In this document: one piece after another, positions 13,501 to 24,988 of the stretch
How the letters are laid out: each line of letters begins with the position of its first letter
Numbering within the stretch: the stretch's first letter is position 1
NCBI GenBank assembly: GCA_004431415.1
Contig: QPMI01000145.1
Location: 62,001-126,000 of the forward strand
Origin: Cyanophora paradoxa CCMP329
Taxonomy: Eukaryota > Plantae > Glaucophyta
Reading direction: 5' to 3'
Length of the DNA stretch: 64,000 bases
The notes under the pieces: model-generated
Databases searched by the model: none
What the model was told of the DNA's origin: nothing
What the model saw: the letters and a program-made list of their open reading frames with translations, nothing else
Made by a program: the position numbers and the translations under genes

Positions 13501-16500
13501 CACGTTCACCCATGAGGGGTGCGAGTCCGGAGCTGAATTTCGTGATTTGAGCAAGCCTCGCATTCAGGGGTGCGATGCATCGCGGGAGAGCCCTTTCTTG
13601 CGGTATTCGCGGGCGAGGCGCGCACGGTCGACCGGACTGCCCAAATGGCATTTTTCGGTTGCAAGGAGACGGGAGAAGTTCCGAAATTCGCACGTATTTT
13701 TTACGTGTGCTCGCGGGTCAGACTCAACTCTGTAAACTCTACGAGTGTCGTAGTTCTCGTTCCAGCAGCGCGGGGGCGAAAAGAGTAGGACCATGTCAAA
13801 TCCGCCAGGGGAAAGACCGGCTCCCGGCGGGCGTGCCACGCGCGTTTTGATGCAACTGTTGCGGCCGGGACGGGTCTTCGGGGTCAGATTGCCAGGCTGC
13901 TTCCTCAGGGTCAGCCCAGGAAGAAAGTTCCCGGCCGTCGAGTGCCTGCCGGGAGAGGTCTGCGCTGGGTGCAGAGCCAGTGCCGCAGCGGCGAGGCGGT
14001 CGGCTCGTGCGTTGTCCCGATCAAATGCACGGTTTGGAACCCGTTCTTCTTCCACCAGCAGGGGCAGGCTTGGTAGTCCTGGTGTATGCTGACCTAGCGC
14101 AGCCCGGGCTTCGCGCCGCCTCTGTCGTTCTGCTCGCCTGGAGGCACGAGACGCTTGCTGCATTTGGTGGACGGCTCGGCGGGCGTTCCGACGGTGGATG
14201 TGGGCAGTGCCCGCGCGAAGGTGCTCGGAGATATAGTTGTAGGCGCCGGTTAGCGGGTTCGCGCGCCCTTCGTATACTCCCGTGCCGGGGCCATATTGAG
14301 CTATCAGTTCCGCCTCCGTAGGTTCGGGAGCGACCGGGTCTCGGTCAGAGAGGTAGGATTCGTATGAGTCTGCGTCTGATTCCGAGTCGTGGTCGGCCAC
14401 TTCAGCGGGGCGGCAGCCGGGCGCGGCGGCGCCGAGTTATATATTCTTTCTGGTGGGCTTTGACTTTGACAAGACGTTCTTCGTATAGCATTCTGTCGGG
14501 TGCCACGGCCCTTGCTAGTGCAAGCCGGATGCACTGCACCTCAGCATACGCTTTAAGGTGATGGGAGTACGAGGCTCGAATGCAGCTGCGAAGGGTGGCG
14601 GTGGCGCGATGCGAGACGTACTTGGAATAGTCCGCCATTGCAGTGAAGCTGTCAGTTTTCACTGTGCAGCCTTCGGAGAGAGCAGCAGGGCGGACAGGAC
14701 GGCGAGGAGCTCGCCTTTGTTATTGTTCACTGTGCCAGGACACGGGGCCACGAAAAAGTCGCTGCCGTCGGTCGGGATGGCGTCTGCAAGGCCGCGAAGT
14801 TTCGCCACCTGGTCAGTATCGACGCCGGTTGTGCCCAGCCGGTCAGCTAGTGCGTGAATTTGTTGACGGAGGGCTATCCCTCGCTGCGTGCGGGCAGCTT
14901 CGTCAGCTAGTGAGGCCGGGTTGCTCTCACGGGGCCAGACGCCAGCGTAGGCCGTGAGTGCAGCTTCTGAGGCGGCGTCCATGGTACTGGCATCCGTGGC
15001 TGCGAGTCGGCGCTCGCGGTCGAGCGGGAGGGAGGTGCGGCCGAGCTCCGCGGCAATCAGGTTCCAAAATGGGTCAGCATACTCTGACGATGGGATGCAG
15101 AAGTCGCTCAACTGTCGGCGTTGGGGGTAGGCCCGAGGCGCTGTCGGCGGGGGGACGGTCCCAGGGTCGCGAGCGGCGACTCCATCTGGCCGCTGGGGCG
15201 CCTCGTGATCATCTGGATCATAATTCCAGTCCTGTTCCCACGGGGGAGGAAATGAGTGTCGCGGAACTCGGGCCACCACGTTATTTTATCTTCAAGGAAA
15301 ATGCGAGCATGCTCGGCGACACGGCCTGACCGCGACTCGGGGACCAGGCTCTGAAGTCGGGCGGGTAGATGTAGGCTGTGTCTTCGGTCCAGCGGCACCG
15401 TTGGGAGGCCGGGTCTGAGTGGTCACATGCGCGGCGGAGAGCCTCTGCTTCCGGCGTTTTCGCTGTGAAGCGGCTGTCGCATTCTTTGGGATCCATTATG
15501 CAGCGGAAGAAGGAGACGGGTTCGCCGGTGGTGTCATATATGTGGTCCTCTCGGTCGTCCTGGCCTTTGTCTCGGCGGACCCAGTGTTCGAGCTCAACTA
15601 GGACGCGTTCTCTGCCGTCGTCAGCGTCAGTTGTCCGCCGGATATTGCAGATGCGTCCTAGATACGCTTCCGTTGTCCAAACGAAGCCGCCGACTTTGTA
15701 CTGGGCGAGAGCAGGCCGGCTTCAAGAAGGGTACGTTGGGCTGCAGCCGGATTTTGCGCAGGCTGCAGGTGCATGGGGAAGCGGAGACGACGGGGGATGG
15801 CGCGCGGGCCGACGGGCTGACATATTGCTCGGGTGAACGACGGGAACCAGGAGGGAGGTCTATTGAGTCGCTGTTTAATTTTCCCGCTGCCCCATAAGCT
15901 AATCCAGTCGAGCACACTGACGCCGTCGGGCCCCGTGACGTCAGCAGCTGTGAGGATATCGTGGCGCCAAAGGAATGGTGCAGCCGCACGCAGGAGGCGC
16001 GGGGGGAGCAGTGTTGTGAGCACAAAGCGGCGTTCGAGCTGCGGGTGAGGCAGGGCCGGAACGAGATAGTCCTTGCCTGAGTCGAGTTTGTAGCCGGCGC
16101 GGGTCAGATTTCGCGCTACAGCTAGTGCAAAATTGTCTCTGTAGGCTGCGGGGCCCAGCTGTAAATTGGGGTAGCAGTATGGCGGAAGGGGAAGCCCCAG
16201 TTGCTCCTGCGCTGCGAAAATGCGGTGCATGATATACGGGAGAAGCAGGGGGTGGTTCGTGCGGATGGTTTCATCGAGCACGTGAATGGCCAGCTGTTCG
16301 TCCTCCGTTCTCTTGAGGCCGTAGAAGCCTCGGCTCCACATGAGCGCGTTGGGCGTGGACCCCTAAGGCGGGCATGATGTTTAGTGAGCGTCATCCAGAG
16401 AGTGTCGAGCTGGGCACATTGTCTCTCGGTAAAGGAAACAATCTTGCAGGCGTAAGTGATGCGAGGGAGAAGGACGCTATTTACTATGTATATCGTCTCT

Positions 16501-19500
16501 TTGGCGGTGAGTTTCTTACGCCTTAGTATCGCGCAGGCTGCCCGAGCTGTTGAGTATACAGCCTCAAATTGCCGCCGCCAGTCCAGATTTGCTGTCATCC
16601 AGACCCCGAGCACCTTGAATGGTTTGTTCGGCGCAAGGACTTTGTCGGCCGGTTCTTTAGCATCGGGCGGGCCTAGTAGCGGGGCAGACGGGCGTGGGGA
16701 GACGTTGTTGTACGTAAATTCGGTTTTCTTCGCGTTGAGGGCAATATCATGTATCCAGAAGAATTCAGAGGCCAGGTCTGCGTGCAGCTGGATGCCCCGG
16801 GCTGTACCGCTAATAAGTACGGTGTCGTCTGCGTATGCTTGCCCCGGCGAGGTCACCCGAGGCAGGCGCGCTCGCAGGCGTCGGGTGGGCGCGGGCAGGT
16901 TAGCGTCAGACGCAGAGGGCGGCGGGCCCATGGAGTATTGGGTGCTCTCCGCAGCGCTGACTTCGCGTAAAGCCGATAGAAATACGTCATAGAAGATGAG
17001 CCAGTGAATTGGGGACTCGGTTCCTCCTTGCGGGAGCCCGCACTCCACATCGAAGGGGTCAGTTGGGCCGTACCCTGTCGCGACGGACGCTGTACGTGAT
17101 GTTGATATTTGTCCGTAGAGGCTTATGTACCGTTCGGGAATTTTTAGGCGGCGGAGTGCCATTTCCATGCTAGACCAGCTGACGCTGTCGTAGGCTCTGC
17201 GAATATCTAGCAGTAGCAGATAGATCGGTTTCGAGAATTGTTTTGCGTCCTCCAGTAGCGCGCGCAGCATGTACAGAGGCTCGTCGGTGGACTTGCCTCG
17301 AGTAAAGGCGAAGTTCGCGCCCTGTAATATGTCGTGTTTGCGGAGAACGCGCGAGAGGCGGTCAGTGAGGACTGCCGTCACGAGTTTCAGCGTGCATTCT
17401 TGGAGTGTAATGGGGCGGACATTGTCAGGGTGCCCATCCCATTCCCCGCCCTTGGGGATAAGACATATATTTCCGTGAAGAAGGGGCGCAGGGACAGACG
17501 AGAGTTTTAGGATCAGATTTACCGTAGTGAGGATTACCTGGCGGCACGTCGGGAACAGGTTATCGGGTTCTTGGAGCGGCTCCGGGTCCAGGCCCGCCTT
17601 GCGTAGTTCTTCGCAAGTTTTCTTTGAAAGGACCGGTGCCGTCCACAGCATTTTTATCATTTCGTGGGAAAATCCCGAGGGCCCCGCCGCACCGTTTCGG
17701 AGAGAGCCGATGATTCGGTCCAGTTCGGCCTCGCTGGTGGGTTCCATTAGGTACACATAAATTGCATCATCAATATCCTGGCGCGGGGAGTGAAGTCGGC
17801 GCCATATTGAGGCCTCCTGTGCACATGTACTAAGTGGCAGCGCGCCCGGGTCCCTGTTCGCTGTGAGTGGGCTACGCTGCCGTGTCCAGGCATGCATGTG
17901 ATGGCGTGCGAACTGTTTCACTGCATCTTCATTGCCGTATACCTGATATTCTCCAGCGTGGCAGAGGGAGAAGGAGGTAATCGGCCTGCGTTCTGGGGCT
18001 TCAAGTGTTTGGCGGAGGTATTGGGCGAGGTCTGTCTTGAACATGCGCTGCGAGCGCTCTCGGTTTGCTCTGATTGTCGTGGCTTCGAAACGTTTAATGT
18101 GGGCCTGGACTTTGGTGTCCAAGGCCGAGGCCCAAGTGGTGAAGCTTGGAAAATAGTCGAGCCAGCTTGGTTGTCGGGCAGAGAATGGCGGCGGCACAGG
18201 GGTAGTGGGAGTTTAAGATAGCCTGACCGCTTGTCTATTGGGAGTTTGTCAAGCCGGCGGTTGTGATTTGAGATTGCCCTGCGCAGGTCAGAGAGGGAGT
18301 GCCGTACGCGGCGCGGCGTGGAGTCGATCCCGTGGCGCGCCGCTTCCCATGCCTTGCGCAGTTCCTGGGCCCTCGTGAGCAGGTTGGATTCGGGGCGGCC
18401 GCGGCGGGAGAATTTTTGAGGGATTTTTGGGGGCGTAAAGATGCCAAATACTGGCGATTGGCCGAGGTCACAGATGTGGGCGAGAGTGGATTTGAGGGCT
18501 TCGTGCAGGCGGGCTAGGCGGTCCTCTGGCGGGGTGCCGTCGTCGTCCTCCAGCGTTGCGAGTAGCTCTCGTACGCTAGCTGAGGACCCCGGCACCGGCT
18601 GCTGTAGCTTTTCTTCCAGTAGTTCTTTGAAGCGAAGTTTTGTGAGCGATGCCTGTGTCGCGTACTTGAAACGCGGGGGGCCGGGCGAAGACGCTGGGGG
18701 CCCCAGTTTATATTTGATGGCCAGGGCCCGTTTACTGTACTCTGCAAGGAGTGGGAAATGGTCCGAGGGGAAAGGGGCGTTTCTAGGCGACGCTTGGGCC
18801 GCTCGAAGGGCGTTAGTCGCGACTTGGGATTGTAAGATGTAGTCGAGCCTGGTAGCATGGCGGAGCGTGCCATCTGGGGCGATGCCTCGAGGGTTGGGGT
18901 TGTCAGGAGCGTCAGGAAATATGAAGGTGATTTGGTCGTCGGTGCCCATGGCTGTGGCAGCGTCGGAGAGGGTCCAGTCGTGAAGCAGTTCATGCCACCA
19001 GCGGTGATCAGGTTCTCGTGTGGTCGCATATTGCCCCTGTCTGATTTTGCCCGTCTCGGGACAGAGGCAGCTGTTAAGATCGCCAAGGAGGAAAAAGTGC
19101 GCGCGGGGCGGAGCGCCCAGTCAGCGTACATGGTCGCGCGGAGATAGTCGAAGATTTTCGCACTTTCAGTAGACCGCGCCGTCCGACTTTCGCCGGGGGG
19201 AGGTACACGCTGGCGATAAAGATCTGAACATTATTTGCAAATCGAAGCTCACAGCCGGCCACGCGGCCTGGCATTGTGTAGGTCTTAAAACAGTGCTTGG
19301 CCATATTTTCTGAGAGAAAAAGGGCTACGCCGGAGCCGCGGGGGAGGCTCGATTTTGGCGGAGTTTCTTCTGCGAGAGGGCGGGGTGGGCGGGGCTCGAG
19401 CTGGGAGCTCCTGAGCACTAGTTGTGCGCGTGGCCGAGTCGGCGTGCACGGACGTGAGCATGAGCCCCGATGTCACTGACCTGCGCATCGCTCTGACCGT

Positions 19501-19947
19501 AGCCTGGGTGCAGTTAAGTGATTGGACCCCTAATACGCTCAGCCCCCAGTCAAGCATATATTTCTGGATCTGGCCGACATGGTTGACGCTAGAGCAGGTG
19601 CGGGCGTTCCAGGTCGCGAGTCTCCAGTACTGGTCAGAGTCAAAGCGGCGGCGTATGATACCCGATTTTCGGTGAGTGCCCGCAGGTTTGGCTCCGAGGC
19701 GCTCGTGTGTAAACAGCTCGAGGGGAAATAGCGTGCGGAGCAGCGGCGCGGGACGGCCGGCACCAGCGGGGCCAGGCGTGTTATATGCGGTCATGGGACT
19801 CTGGGCGGGTGGAACATTTTCTTGTGCCCCTGGTGCAGGCCAGACTCCAGGCCTGGGTTCTTCGCGGCGGTGCGCGGGGGGCGGGCCGGATAGCGCTGTC
19901 GTTGGATGCCATGATGCCGGGCTCGCGCGTGATGCATGGGCCAGCAT
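10529..19947 (-). pseudogene. LINE ORF2 polyprotein (~3000 aa, several 1-nt frameshifts): APE-RT-RNase H-Zn knuckle-Ulp1
   Basis: APE (~18750-19630): RLATWNA, GSGVALFL, IASVYLP, LGDLN, TRLDYIL, SDHFPL. RT (~16560-17700): RPITLQE, LDIRRAYDSV, GLPQGGTESP, AYADD. RNase H (~13960-15010): ATDAS, NNNKGELLAV, TDS, KVKAH, NARADRLA. Also ETHDHAFGLCP and IWKARN. Confidence 0.88.
11590..12200 (-). other. Ulp1/SENP-like (C48) cysteine protease domain inside the LINE
   Basis: DLATLNGSSWVNADVINYYL...HTFY...NVFDYDLLLFPIH, then after a 1-nt shift near 11945 GHWILAAL...LYDG, then QNDRFNCGIFVCAFAE. His, Asp, Gln and Cys catalytic positions are all present. Confidence 0.9.
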
Positions 19948-21228
19948 GGCCGGGTCAGCTTGGCCCGCCGCGGCGAGGGCCGAGCCCGCTGCCGCTGCCT
20001 GGCGGCGCCACCCCGCATTCGCATGTGAGCCTCTAGCGCTGTGGTCATGGCAGCTATCGGCCCGATTGACTGGTTGCTCCCGATTGGCGGGTGCACAATG
20101 AATGGCGACGACGACGTAGTGCCGGCGCTAGCGGCCGGTCCGGGAGGGCAGAAAAAATTCTTTTTCTGTTCATGCATATGTCTTGGGGCCGGGGACTCGG
20201 ACGGTTCGCCGGAGCCAGTGATCGAGCTCGCGGTAGGCGTCGCGGAGATTCGAATTCGGGTCGGGATCCAGCTGCAGCGCCGGCCGCGGCGTGCACCGCC
20301 GTGCAGTCTACAGTGCAGACCGTACACGTGCGGGCCACTGACAGTGAGGCTACGTATGCTATGCTGGCGGTAGCGCCGGCGGCGCACATACACAGTGTCA
20401 TACTGGTACTAGTAATTGTAGTGGCGGTGGCGCTAGCTGTTGTGATTGCCTTGGCGTACCCATCTTTGGCAGCCCTAGCTCTAGATCGGGATCTGGGGCC
20501 TGCTAGGTCGTGATCGGGGGGGCTGTTACTACTCAAGTTAAAGGTGGCGCCGGCGCCGGTGCGCGTGCCGGCGCCAGCTGTTTCGGTATCATATGCATTA
20601 GTGCTAGTGCAAGGCATTATAACTACTCGGAGCCGCGTATACGTATACGTACGTGCCGACGGCGCCGTCAGGTCGAGGCCGGCATCGGCACCGGTACCGG
20701 CGTCGGCGTCGGTCCTCTGGCATCTTTGATCATGACAGGCTAGCCGGCGCCGGCGCCGTAGTACTAGTAGCTTCTGAGGTACAGGTCTGTAGCGGGGGCC
20801 GGCTTCGGCACCGGCCTCGGGCTCCTGGCTTCGCTTAGGGACTAGCTGTCGTGTTACGTATACAGCAGGATCCGCGGCCTGCTGGGGCCGAGTCCGGGAG
20901 GCAGCGGTCGGTGTCGTAAGAACAGGCTGGCGCTTCAGGCCGGTGGTGCAGTCATGATTAGACTGTTCTCCTAGCGTGGCTGTCGAGCGTGCGCGAGCCC
21001 GGGCTAGCCGGATCCGCACAGTTGATGGGTACGTTTTCCACCCACGTACCCCTCTGGGCCTCGCGTGCAAGTCGTGATCGGGTCTAGATCTACAGGGCCA
21101 GGTGCGCGTCCGGCGCGTATGAGTACGGGTGTTCTCCTTTGGGTCCCCACTGGTACCACCGCTCTGCACCTGTTTAGCTCTAGCTCGAGATCTGGATGTT
21201 GTGACTTCGGCGTCGAGGTGTCCGTACA

Positions 21229-21294
21229 TGACGGGACTAGAGCTAGCGCTATTACTGGTTCTGACGGGACTAGAGCTAGCGCTATTACTGGTTC
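21229..21294. repeat. 33-bp perfect tandem duplication
   Basis: TGACGGGACTAGAGCTAGCGCTATTACTGGTTC at 21229-21261 and 21262-21294. Confidence 0.95.
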
Positions 21295-21376
21295 AGGATC
21301 TAGGCCGGAGGGGCTTGGCTGCCTTACTCTTAGCTTGCTGTGGCTCGCGGCGGTTGGCGCTGGAGTTGCAGCTAGC

Positions 21377-22860
21377 TCAGTACTGCCAGGGCAGCCGCTG
21401 CTGTCCAGGGCCGCCGCCACCCCGGCCGGCGCCAGCCCCAAAGCCGCGGCCACCACGTGCTCCTCGTCCACCCCTGCCGCCGGCGCCACGGCCTGGGAGT
21501 CCGCGCCCACCGCGGGGGGGGCCCATCCCGCCCCGGGCTCTCCCAGCAAAGCCGCCCCGGGGGAGGTCGCCCCAGATGATGTCCACCCCACGGCCACCGC
21601 GGCCATTGGCTGCGCCCGCCCCGCCGCGGGCATCCCAGATGCCGGCTCCGCCGCGGGCTCCATGGGCTCCGCCAGCCCCGCCGCGGCCTCCAGCGCCGCC
21701 TGCACCGCCCCAGTCGCCTCCGGGCCCTCCAAGTCCGCCACGGCCGCCCGCAGCCCCGCCGGGGCCCCCGCCACGCGCTCCGCGGTAGGCAGCGTCCACA
21801 TACAGTCCACCGCGCCCCTCCGCCCGACCCCCAGGTGCTTGCCCTCCTGCAGCTGCCGGCTCGTCCCGGTTCCGCCGGTCGAGGGGCTGGCAGTTGTGTC
21901 CCCCCCCGAGCTCGCCACGGTAGTTGAGCAGGGGCTGGTTGATGTTGTTGATGCTGGTGAGGAAGTGTGCCGCGCACATGAGGGCTTCGGACTGGGGAGG
22001 GGATGACCACGTGCTGCCGGTAAGGATAATTATGTGAGATGGGGGGGGGCCTCGGGCGGAGGGGAGGTGGGGGGTACCACATCGTGGGTGACCTCGAGAA
22101 TGATGACCTGTCTCCCCCGCGCGTCGTGGAGGTCGAGGGCTCCGGAGAGGGTTGGGTGCGCCGTGAAGCCCATGCGCTCGCGCCTCGCCGCCCACTGTTC
22201 GTCATCTAGATCCAGCACACGGAGCTGGCGGCCACCACCGGTGGAGTAACGCTCGGCGTCAACCATCGAGGCTTGGACACCCACCTCGATCTGCGGGAGG
22301 GAGGGGTAAGCGCAAGTAGGGGGGGCTTTGCATGGGTAGGGGCGGACAGAGGTGGGGTACGGTCGGGTTGTCATGTACAGGACGCCGGCGGCCCGCAGGT
22401 CCATGATGAACTGCCGGTCCGGCACAAGCTGTGTGATGTCCAGCTGGCATTCGTCGCCGGGGAAGGGGACATGCTCCTGGTTGGCGTCGGCGTGCCCACA
22501 GCCGGCGTGGGCCCCGGCAAAGATGAGGACTCCGTTGAGGACATGCTTGCGGTCGTTGTTCCAGCAGAAGTCCGGGTCCGGGTCTTGGAAGCGGGGGAGG
22601 GTGATGAGGGCTGAGTTGTTGTCTGCGGCCAGGAGGTAGCCAACGTTTGCCTGCCAAGGGAGGGAGGGGAGAGTCAGAAGGGGGGTAAGGTGGTAAGAGC
22701 AGGTGGCAGGTCGGACCAGGAAGTTCTGCGCGGCCTGTGCGTGCGACGCCGGGATCAGGTAGCGGGCTGTCGGGCCGTTCGGGCACTTGACCGCCAGCTC
22801 GTTGTAGGCCACGACGACATCGTTGGCCTCGTACGCGTCGGGGTTGATGCCAGACGTGAA
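21377..22860 (-). CDS. 5'-truncated, intron-containing ORF of unknown function with RGG-rich C-terminus (candidate LINE ORF1)
   Basis: Protein-like sequence (FTSGINPDAYEANDVVVAYNEL...ALMCAAHFLTSINNINQPLL...GGRGGRGARGGRGFG...RLPWQY*). It is broken by three GT...pyrimidine tract...CAG segments at ~22651-22716, ~22291-22360 and ~22014-22077. Two homopolymer corrections are needed to keep the frame. Confidence 0.55.
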
Positions 22861-23481
22861 GCGTCCTCCGCGCGACTCCGACGCTCCGCGCGACTCCGAC
22901 GCTTCGTGAAGCGTCCCTCCATCGGCCATAGCCGATCCTCGCTCACGGCCGTATGCCGACGGAGCGGAGCCTCCAATGGTCGACCACGGAGCCAGCCGAC
23001 GTGTCCGGGTAACTCAGCCCCTGTTTCTAGCGGTCTAGCGGGTCCAGCCTGCGCGTTTCCGAGCGCGCGGGCCCGGCCCGCCAGGGCCCCGGGGTTCCCC
23101 AAGGCGGAATGGGCGAAGGGGGTCACACCTTCGCTAGCGATGAGAAGTCGATCGAGGTCTCCGTTGCCTGCCATCGCGACCGTACGCGTGCCTGACACTG
23201 CTGCTGCTGGCAATGAGATCGGCAACACGCCCGGCAAATCGGGCAGTCGACGGGTACCCAACGACTGAGCCGGTGGCCCGGGTACAGCGAGCCCGTATCG
23301 CAGATGCGGGTACCGCCGCGCCCTGGCTCGCAGATCTGGGTACGCCGTGCGTCCGATCGCGATCCGATGATCGCGATCGCAAGCAGCAGGCGCGCGGCTC
23401 GTGCAAGCTGCTTTCGCGTTCGGCTCGGCCTTCGCTAGAAGAAAGCAGATTACTCGTACGCTTTGCTAGAGTAATCTTCCC

Positions 23482-23522
23482 CGAAACTCCGGTGCGAAGC
23501 GGGCCTTAGGTTCCCGGATCCG
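23482..23522. repeat. 41-bp fragment of the 51-bp array unit between YR copies 0 and 1
   Basis: CGAAACTCCGGTGCGAAGCGGGCCTTAGGTTCCCGGATCCG. Confidence 0.97.
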
Positions 23523-24988
23523 TTCTTCCACGCTCACGGCCGCAGCCAAACGCGTCCGCAGCGTGCCGGCCTCTGGCCGCCGCAAGGAATTCGAAGGATG
23601 AGGGGGTAAGAAGAGGACCGGCCGCCCCGCGGTGGTCCGGCCGGCAGCAAGCAGAGCCCCGTGCGGGGTACCTCATTGGGCCGCGTCCCAAGGGGCGCGC
23701 AGCGCCAAAGGAGGGGCCGCCGAGAGGGCCCCAGGGCCCGAAAAGGTAGACCACTCATTGCCTCGTGGGCGTGGTTGGGGAGGATATCTCTTCACTCCCC
23801 GTGTGCCGGGGGGTACGCATTTGCTGCCCGGGTACTCATATCGCGCCCGCAGGGGGTAAGCGATTTCGAGGGGGGTACAGCTTCTTGAGCCAACTGGAAA
23901 ATAAAGATCCGCCGTAGCAGATAAACCCCCGCATGAACAGCCAAAAGCTCGCGCTTAGGCCCGCGGAAGGCGTGAAGCCGTAGCTTCCGGGCCCTGGGAA
24001 GGTCACAACCGGAAAACAACCTCTCTCGGACGGCGGAATGAAAGGAACTAAGGTTGAAAACTAGTGATGCTGAGCAACCTAAGGAAACGCGTTTCCTACT
24101 AGGCTAAGCCTGTGAAGTAATAAACTGCTGTACATGAAAAATAGACCAGGGGACGAAATAAACCCCGTGTTGATCAGCCTAGGCCTGCAGCTAGCGCTGG
24201 CAGCCTGGCAGCCTGCCAGCCGCAGCAAACCTGACATCGAATTCGATCGAAGACCATGAAAAGTAGCCGGTCTAGGCCTAGGCCGGGGCTTGTAAATGCT
24301 CGGCCGGGCTTCGATCGAATTAAAAGCTTCGGTGATGTAGGGGATGGTGGGAGGGTCGGCAACACGCCCGGCAAATCGGGCAGTCGACGGGTACCCAACG
24401 ACTGAGCCGGTGGCCCGGGTACAGCGAGCCCGTATCGCAGATGCGGGTACCGCCGCGCCCTGGCTCGCAGATCTGGGTACGCCGTGCGTCCGATCGCGAT
24501 CCGATGATCGCGATCGCAAGCAGCAGGCGCGCGGCTCGTGCAAGCTGCTTTCGCGTTCGGCTCGGCCTTCGCTAGAAGAAAGCAGATTACTCGTACGCTT
24601 TGCTAGAGTAATCTTCCCTTCTTCCACGCTCACGGCCGCAGCCAAACGCGTCCGCAGCGTGCCGGCCTCTGGCCGCCGCAAGGAATTCGAAGGATGAGGG
24701 GGTAAGAAGAGGACCGGCCGCCCCGCGGTGGTCCGGCCGGCAGCAAGCAGAGCCCCGTGCGGGGTACCTCATTGGGCCGCGTCCCAAGGGGCGCGCAGCG
24801 CCAAAGGAGGGGCCGCCGAGAGGGCCCCAGGGCCCGAAAAGGTAGACCACTCATTGCCTCGTGGGCGTGGTTGGGGAGGATATCTCTTCACTCCCCGTGT
24901 GCCGGGGGGTACGCATTTGCTGCCCGGGTACTCATATCGCGCCCGCAGGGGGTAAGCGATTTCGAGGGGGGTACAGCTTCTTGAGCCA
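23523..24988 (-). repeat. 3' split-direct-repeat block B1-A2-spacer-B2 of copy 1
   Basis: B at 23523-23892 and 24619-24988. A at 24356-24618 matches 31736-31998. The internal junction CTTCCC|TTCTTCC reproduces the two element ends joined. Confidence 0.95.

Larger units (their letters stand above)
10220..22860 (-). mobile_element. Large APE-type non-LTR retrotransposon (LINE), up to ~12.6 kb
   Basis: Poly(A) tail (T12 at 10220-10231) with a minus-strand AATAAA at 10245-10250. Upstream lie APE, RT, RNase H, CCHC and Ulp1 motifs. The 3' end is exact. Including 19950-22860 in the element is an inference. Confidence 0.85.
9891..23481 (-). mobile_element. YR retrotransposon copy 0: terminal remnants only, interior replaced by a LINE
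   Basis: 9891-10219 matches the first 329 bp of terminal repeat B of copy 1. 22886-23481 matches the 5' leader plus terminal repeat A (23219-23481). The flanks rejoin an intact array unit (CTTAAG|CGAAAC). Confidence 0.93.

Noticed and set aside
10220-19947. Dualen/RandI element (dual endonuclease)
   Set aside because: The size is similar, but I see no restriction-like endonuclease motif after the CCHC, and the protease is a C-terminal Ulp1 rather than an N-terminal Josephin-like domain.
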